From the NCBI GenBank assembly GCA_002269645.1, contig NIVC01004685.1, forward strand, positions 1-38,150: a stretch of 38,150 bases of DNA, read 5' to 3'. The notes beneath the pieces are model-generated. The model was given only the letters and a program-made list of their open reading frames with translations, ran no database searches and was not told the origin of the DNA. The position numbers and the translations under genes were made by a program. Below, piece by piece: positions 30,862 through 38,150 of the stretch (its first letter is position 1; every line of letters starts with the position of its first letter). The stretch is from Macrostomum lignano (lineage: Eukaryota).

Positions 30862-33800
30862 GTTATGCCCAAGATCACAACTTTTTATTTTTATCAGCAT
30901 AATCATAGAACAAAGAATGGCAGTTTTTTGTCAAAGGTTTTATCAACGATCTTATTATCTATATGTTTTTTCTATACATGTTTTTGTGCTTCAAAATATA
31001 GAATAAAATAACTTTGTAATGTTACAACTATCCTTAACTAGAATTACACATAACTTGAATTTTTCCTATTCACAGATATATCCTTATATAGTTATTTTTT
31101 CTATAACTTTCAATATTTTGAATCTAATACCAAGTAATAGGCTCTTAGTTTTTCTATCATTCACTCATTCACTATAATAAAATGAAACAATGATGGAAAT
31201 AGTTAAATGTATAAATAATTAATAGATCTCTTTTATTGATTATACAAGAATGCTTGGCTAAGACTAAATTTATCTTAACTTTAGCCTTTACTATTCTAAC
31301 CATTCTTTTTCTATTAGGGCCTAGGGCCTAATTTAACCACTATCAACCATTGAATTAAAGGCTCTAATGATCTTTTTAAGTTTGTTTTGGGTGTCCAATA
31401 TTATTAGATAATGGAAATATGCATTCTAGTAACTGTCTAGGCCCTATGTCTTTATATATGTTCTATCTAAAAGCTTACACTTCTAATAGTAGCTATATCT
31501 ATAGTTACAGTATTTTATGCCATAGTATACTATATGTTATAGTAGAACTCTAGTTTTAGGAGGCTTGTATATACCTAAGTGGCTAACAACTAAACTTAGA
31601 AAAAAAAATACTCAGCATTTTACTTTTATCCTATAGTCTAGAAAGTTGCCTTTATGCCATAATTTTCTAGCATATTTCTACCCTTGCTGATAATTGTGGC
31701 ATATACTTGGCATAGGCCCCTAGAATTTTTAGATTCAACATTAGTTAGCAGGAAGTAGGCTGGGCTTAGGGCCTAGGGCAGGCCTAACCTAGCAGTTCTG
31801 TAGCAGTGTAGGTAGGTGTAGGCTAGGCCTAGGGGGCCTTTATAAAAGTCGTTTATAAAGTAGGGTCGTTGTGTAATTTTCTGCGACTGTGGTTAACCAA
31901 TAATTAGCTTTTTGTCAACTCATTTCTTGGCTTGATGTAGGCCTAGGCCTAGATAGACCCTAGGCCTAGGCGTAGTTGTTTTTTCGAAATAGGCCTAGCT
32001 TTAATTTTAGATAGTAGAAAGAAAGGACGTTGTACTTGTTGTACTTGTGCTTTAAATGTGCCTTACTCTTATGACGTTGTGTTGATGCTTAGGCCTATGA
32101 GTACAAGATTTTTTCTATAACTTTCAATCAATGGTACTTGCACAAATATTTTACACTGACAAAAATTGCAACTAACTGACATAACAAGCGTGAAATAATA
32201 AGCATAAAAATTTAGCAATAAAAAGAAATCATTTACAGACTTAAATTTGATTCGAGTAATAACAAAAACATATACCTTTCCGAATGTATGCTAAATTAAT
32301 AAAAAAATTCGTTAAACAATGAATATCTAAATAATTAAAATTTGCTTTATAGCAACTACTTATACTGGTATTTTGTAACGCAACAACGATTTTCTTAAGG
32401 GAGCGGAAGTTGTTAGTCAGACGTCTCGGTCAAACATCGAAAAATGAAGCAGAAATTAAATTTGCTTCGCGCGCTTATAAACCTTTCCCACAGACAAAGG
32501 TAAACAATGAACTTTTTTCTCATGGTTTTTATTCAGTTCCATCATCAATTCACTTCAAAATCTATCATAATCGATTATCTGTCAAAATGTCAAATTGTGT
32601 CACACCTAAATTTTCAGTTCATAAATCTAGTATAACTATTTTTATTTACTAAAATATACCCTTACGTATAAGATAACCCAGCAGGCGACGACGATATGGC
32701 CTATTCTGTCAATGACTATTAATTGTTTAATTTGCTTTTGCATTATACTGAGAAATAATGATCAACAAAAGTTCTGCTCACGTAAGTCTGTGTGTATAAA
32801 AAGCTGTGTTAAATAAAAGCGTGAAGGCAGCCGGTGGTTCTTGCATGGGTACGTTGATAAATAAAATAGAGAGCAAGAAAGGCCTCCAGGCTGCAAACAT
32901 TTCAAGACGGCCGGCCAGTGGGGCTTATTCTTTTATACAATTTTTTTCCATGGATTATTTATTCCGCAGGCCAGTAGAATTTTCAAGTTAGATTTCGCTC
33001 GTGCGGGAATTCAGCTTACAATATTTGGAATATACGCTTGTATATTTATTTCGTGAATTTCTAAACTACAAATACTGCTACATTATACAGTACATTTTTG
33101 CGACTGAATTCGTTACTTCAGCGTTTGATTTCGTCAATTAGCCATTATTCATTTGTATATGATGAGCACTGCATGCTTTTGATTTTCACTTCTGGGATAA
33201 TTTTTCATGTTTCATCTTTTTAGGTCATAAATCAAGGAGGTTAACGTGTCTAGAGATTTTTCTTAAGCCTACATCCATCTACATACATGTATAGTAAAAG
33301 TGACGCTGCTAGTTACTATACATACTAATAAATATGGCACAGCTTGGCCGCTGCTCGATTTATGGCTCACAACAGCTGGAACATTCTCGATAAGCTGACG
33401 CAGAGGTTACATGCAGAGTGTATATTTACATGTAATTAATAACAATTGAATAACTTATATAAATTTTGCGCAGCACCTATTATGGTGTAATCCATAAAAT
33501 GAGCTTAATTAAAGACGGAACAAATTTAAGTCCGTAAAGCCTCTGTCCAGCTCTGTAGATTTTGATATCGGTGTGAGGAGGGGGTCTAGGAATCTTTTTT
33601 AGCAGAAAATCTTCTGGCCAAAATAAATCAGCAGCTATGGTTCATATCGAAGTGGCTGAAATAGCTAACAGTCAACTGGCCGCAACAGTGAATTTGCTGG
33701 CGTACTGCATGCATTTTAGCTACAATGTATTGCAGCACATCGTATCAATTTTGTGGCGCAGTCGTGTCCAATCGAGTGGGTGAAATTAGCATATTTTCCG

Positions 33801-34476
33801 CGCAATAATCATCAATAGTCGTAATCGAATTCGAGCTGTCACTGCAGTAACCATACGGGCATTTAAACTCATATCTCATACACAGCAAGGGAAATTATCC
33901 AACACATGGCACACATTACGACAGTTAGAACTAGGTCGAACTTAATCTGGGGTTTTAGTAATCATACGAACTAGCAAACATGTATTCTATATGAGCTATA
34001 TCCCCTGCTTAGGGAATATCATGGCTACAAAAGATCGAGTCACGACGCCAACCAACTGCGCTGCGAACAGAATTAGCTTCAGTAGCCACTTTGAGCCACT
34101 GCGAGAGCAAATTTCAGTGCAATGCAATTGGCGGTCTTTCGTTTGCTGGGCATCAAAGTGGGACGACATTGTCTATGGCTTTATTTGCCCGCTAGCACCT
34201 ACTAGTAACAATGGAGACGTCTTTGACCCTAGACATAAATAATCGAGGCAAAGGGTATTTTTCCTCCACTTGGGTCGAGAAGTCAAACATGTATAGTCTA
34301 TGGCCAAAGTTAACTAGATGTCTCTGCCCTACCTTGAAAAGGCTGTATTTAAATCGTTTGTTTGCTTGGAATTACGAGAACTGTCCCAAAAGTAAGTTTC
34401 GCTATGCTATAAAAGACAAACTAGTGATCCAACAATCAACAAAACTTTGCAACTGCAAAATGAACTCATAGTTACT

Positions 34477-34866
34477 CTAAAAATTTGCCGCCGAGGTCAA
34501 TGCACTTCTGCCAGCGGCGCACCCACGCAGGGCTGGGCTGCAACCGCCGATGGCCAGATGCCGGAGTGCTGATGAAGCACTGTTATTAATCTGTTCCACC
34601 GAGGCAAAACGTTGACCACGAAGACTCTCCTTCATCCTTGGGAAAACGTAGAAGTCCGCCGGAGCCAAGTCAGGCTTCATCTTCCATGCACAGCCTCCCT
34701 CCCTGGACCTCACGAACCCACTTGCACACTGTCTGAATTGATGGAGCTTCCTCTCTCAAAACGTCTCCAAGCTCTTCATGAATTGCAGTTGCCGATTTTC
34801 CAGCCAAACTCCAAACTTGATGATGTTCCGAACGTCAAACTGAGTGAACGAAGCTGACGCGGCCAT
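34477..34866 (-). pseudogene. Mariner transposase remnant (N-terminal HTH fused directly to C-terminal PDLAP region)
   Basis: Across frameshifts it reads MAASASFTQFDVRNIIKF..GKSATAIHEELGDVLREEAPSIQTVCKWVREVQGGRLCMEDE, joined to PDLAPADFYVFPRMKESLRGQRFASVEQI. The catalytic core is deleted. Confidence 0.85.
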
Positions 34867-34968
34867 CTTTGCAAAAGTCTATATTTGATTTTAAGTGATG
34901 CTCTGCAGCTTGTGAGCATGACAGCACTCTGAAACTTGTCATTCTTCTTTACCATAGACTATAGGTTA

Positions 34969-36314
34969 CACCATTCTACCTCCTATTTTGAACAAAGTCT
35001 TGTTCAAAAGAAACAAGCAGAAGTTCAATTCAAACACTTTAAGAAATATCAGCCCTTGCGGAAATTCAAATCAAACAATGAATGATTCCTGCACGGTCAT
35101 GAGTGCGGGAATGACATCTGCACGAGTGCGCGCTAGCGCACGAGTTCACGATGTCCTTCACGCACGAGTGAACGTGAAGGAATCCCATTGTCGGATTATT
35201 CATCGTGCAGGAATGCACAAAACCGTGCAGGAATGCATTTCTGCGCCTAATGCTTTTTCAGTGAGATTTTACCCTAGACATCCATCCATCATTCAAAAGA
35301 AACAAAGTCGCATTCTATTTCGACAAAGGGATAAAACACAGCATATCGATGAACATAAGAGTAAAAGGAAAAACAGGAACAAGACAGTGTCAGTTGGCCA
35401 ACTTGAGACACCTAACCATCAATTGCCTGTCCACCAACGCAGCGAGGGACGCATGTAAACACATGGTTGAACCACTCAGTGCACTTATCCACAGAGATGC
35501 AGCCAATGGTTCTGTCCACCATGTTGTACAGAATGTCTCGCCGATAGGCCGCCATTGACTGATTCCTGTGCTGCTCAGCTATCGGAGCGATGAAATTTTG
35601 CTGGTCTGCTGCCAGTTTTCTCTTCAGAGTGTCCTTCCAACAGGAGATTGAGTTCTCCACAGGACTCAAAAATGGACTGTATGGTGGAAGCCGCTTGACC
35701 TGAATGGTGTCCGGAATCTCGTAGGCTGCTTTTCCGCTCTCCCTGACCTCACAATCTGTTCGCTGTTGACCTCTTGACTCCAAGTTGGCGCGCCAGTTCC
35801 ACAAGTCATCCCCACGATCAGCAGCCCTGATGATACGGTCTCTGTCACTGTTGCTTAAACAATAGCGCACTGCCGAGGCTGCTGTTCCATGATATCTCCA
35901 TCGAATTCTGCTTCAAATTCATCGATTCCATCTTCCAGCAATTCATCGTCTTCTTCAATCTGATCTTCAGCATTCATATCGTTTCTTGTTGCGCAACGAT
36001 TGTACAGTTATGCAGTACAGGAAAAACAAAAAAGTTAGATTAATGTACTAAAAATGTACTTGTACCTATGTGCAAAAATCTCTGTCGAAATAGAATGTGA
36101 CTTTGTTTCTTTTGAATTTCAAATCTGCGCATGCGCGTCACTCGGGGACAATTTTGGCCACAGACAGTCTGAATTGAAGTTCTTCTGTTTCAATAGAAAG
36201 GGACTTTGTTTGATTTGAATTTCCGCAAGGACTGATATTTCTTAAAGTGTTTGAATTGAAGTTCTGCTTGTTCTTTTGAACAAGACTTTGTTCAAAATAG
36301 GAGGTAAAATGGTG
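34969..36314 (-). mobile_element. Internally deleted IS630/Tc1-superfamily element, 1346 bp
   Basis: TA TSD at 34967-68 and 36315-16. TIRs of about 110 bp begin CACCATT(C/T)TACCTCCTATTTTGAACAAAGTCTTGTTCAAAAG and are near-identical at both ends. A second inner inverted pair lies at ~35291-35332 and ~36078-36118. Confidence 0.88.
35412..35977 (-). pseudogene. IS630/Tc1-like (DDE_3-type) transposase remnant
   Basis: An acidic leader (MNAEDQIEEDDELLEDG) and a frameshifted HTH (RDRIIRAADRGDDL-VELARQLGVKRSTA) are joined to the C-terminal RLPPYSPFLSPVENSISCWKDTLKR...CISVDKCTEWFNHVFTCVPRC. This matches the LPPYSPxLNPIE signature. The first two catalytic Asp regions are missing. Confidence 0.82.
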
Positions 36315-38100
36315 TAGTAAATGGCTAATGTCTCCTGTCCAAGATGCTATTAATAAATTTTATACAATTTAAAATTTACTTTTGGAATAGCCCTCGTAAT
36401 CCACACATAACAACGATAAAAAGATACTTACAATATTGTGCTATATACAGCTTGCTATGTCAATCAGAAAGAACAGGTCAAGTTGGAGAAAATACTTTAT
36501 CTCCTGTTGATTAATTCGGCTATAGCCAAAATTTGTCTTCTTAGGCCATAGACAAATTAATGAAATGGAAGATGTTTTAAAGTTATTGCCCAGTGCAAAT
36601 AACTGAAGGCATTTGGGACTTTGACTTACGCACATGGTAAGTTGGTAAGACTTGATCTAAAGAAATTATCAAAGTCCTTAAACAGTCGATGTAGTATGGT
36701 GTGCCTTGAAATTTTAAAACGGAGAAGAAGCAGAATGAAGTCGAAAAGAAGATTGAGAGAATTCGAAAACTATGCTGGGGCTAGCTAGCACGCAGCTAAA
36801 GTTTCAAAAGATCTTTCAAAGCAAAAAACTCGAGTTATAATAAGTCTTAATTATTATCATGGCTTCAGCTGCGACGCAGAGCATGACCAAATAAAGTAAT
36901 CGAAAAAGACAGTCCGCATGATTAAAGGTTGACAGCTCAGCTTTGATTAGACGTTTTCGTGCGAATACGGGGCATGTTAGCATAGTTCCAACCAAAGCGA
37001 GCGTAGCAGTAGCCCTGGCAATTAGCTCTGCTGAAACTTTATGAAAGGAGAGTTTTCGACACTTCTGACTCGTTTGAGCTGTGGGATTTGCTTAAAATTG
37101 TCTGCTTTTGGGGGTAAGGTACTTGAAGCCGGCTTAGTGACCTTGTGTTGACCTTGTGATGACTGCGACTCAAGTGCTCTCCATTCGCCACCATAATAAC
37201 GATAAGATAACCTTTTGCTTAGGCGCAAAGCAAGTTCAAACTTGTCGGATTTCATGGCAAGAGTATCTCTGGCACGCTTGCACAAACAATCGACGGATGA
37301 GCTCGTGACCTGAATGCCGGATCTTCTGATGAGGATCCGTGCACGTGGTCAGTTTACAAGCCGGACGAAAGTTGAATATTGCGGAACTGTCACTTACTCT
37401 GCATCCACCTCTTGCGAGTCCCATGCACATTAACAAGGCATGACTTACTTCCCATTTCACCTACTCATTGACAATAGCACGGTGAAAGTATTCTTTAACA
37501 AAAACTTCATCAAAATCGTCTTTTACAATGGAGAAACGACTTCCAATGCTCGCGGGATTAAGACTCTTACCGATTCTCTTCATAATTAAGGTAGATGAAA
37601 AGTTATTACTTAACGTTAGACCCTTTTGTGACCTGGCATGCAAAAGAGGCTGATGGGATGCAGAAGTTTCGTGAGTCTCTCTCTTTCACCCTTTCCCTAT
37701 ATGTTGCTAGGCTCAAGACTTTCATATTAGCGAATTTCTCAGATAATTTGATGCTAACGTGAGTTAGTGGTGGCACGCGTGCAAATACAATGGAAGTTGC
37801 ATTAGTAAATTTTTTAATCAAGCACTATCAGATTCTGTTAGGACAAACAAAAATCAATGGGTCAATCTCATTCCTATCTGGGCTACTGAACGCGAAAGTC
37901 TGTGTTATAATCTCGAATGAATTGATTTCTAATTAGCATAGAAAGTGCGATTTTTTCGAGCATTTAAGAACAAATCGAAAATGAAAACATTTAGACATTA
38001 CACGGAGATGAGGCTGCGATAATCGAATAACATCGAATAAACCAAAGGCACTTCAAGATACGATATTCTTATTAGAAACTTTAGTATTTTTCACTAACTG

Positions 38101-38150
38101 CAGGAAGTTGCTTGCCGAACTTTGCTTGCAGGAATTTGCTTGCCGAACTT
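38101..38150 (+). repeat. Start of another tandem array, 28-bp unit CAGGAA(G/T)TTGCTTGCCGAACTTTGCTTG
   Basis: Nearly two copies, then truncated by the window end. Confidence 0.6.

Larger units (their letters stand above)
34375..36396 (-). mobile_element. Internally deleted mariner element (~0.67 kb), interrupted by a nested IS630/Tc1-like element
   Basis: TA flanks at 34373-74 and 36397-98. Imperfect TIRs CGAGAACTGTCCCAAAAGTAAGTTT vs CGAGGGCTATTCCAAAAGTAAATTT (20/25 identical). Mariner transposase remnants lie inside. Confidence 0.8.

Noticed and set aside
33795-33804. TTTTCCGCGC as an E2F site upstream of the cell-cycle gene CCAR1
   Set aside because: It does not match the TTTSSCGC consensus, and the transcription start is unknown.
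1-38150. Prokaryotic, viral or contaminant origin, or a bacterial-type defence system
   Set aside because: Three metazoan genes with consistent spliceosomal introns and eukaryotic transposons account for the window. No operon-like ORF clusters, rRNA or tRNA were seen.

Overview
Eukaryotic (metazoan) genomic DNA with GC-rich exons and AT-rich or minisatellite-filled introns. This style resembles the flatworm Macrostomum lignano, but the organism is an inference and cannot be verified here. I reconstructed three spliced genes by hand. (1) A 5'-partial TRPA-family ankyrin-repeat cation channel on + (13 exons, 292..15839), with one apparent 1-bp frameshift at about 340. (2) A secreted fibrinogen-related (FReD) protein on - (3 coding exons, 16663..17693). 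(3) CCAR1 on - (6 coding exons, 21053..29199, about 944 aa, probably with one GC-AG intron). Most introns hold their own tandem array, and these arrays produce nearly all the long repetitive ORFs in the supplied track. DNA transposon relics found: a 2.64-kb non-autonomous foldback/Mutator-like element with about 730-bp repeat-built TIRs and a 9-bp TSD inside CCAR1 intron 5; a 643-bp hAT-type MITE; and an internally deleted IS630/Tc1-like element nested inside an internally deleted mariner. No rRNA, tRNA or CRISPR array was recognised. The most promising leads are the foldback element, a cryptic chain of frame-symmetric exons (including a 12-nt microexon) downstream of CCAR1, the shared vocabulary of the intronic arrays, and the remodelled electrophile-sensing linker of the TRPA channel. 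I cannot claim a new biological system from sequence alone.
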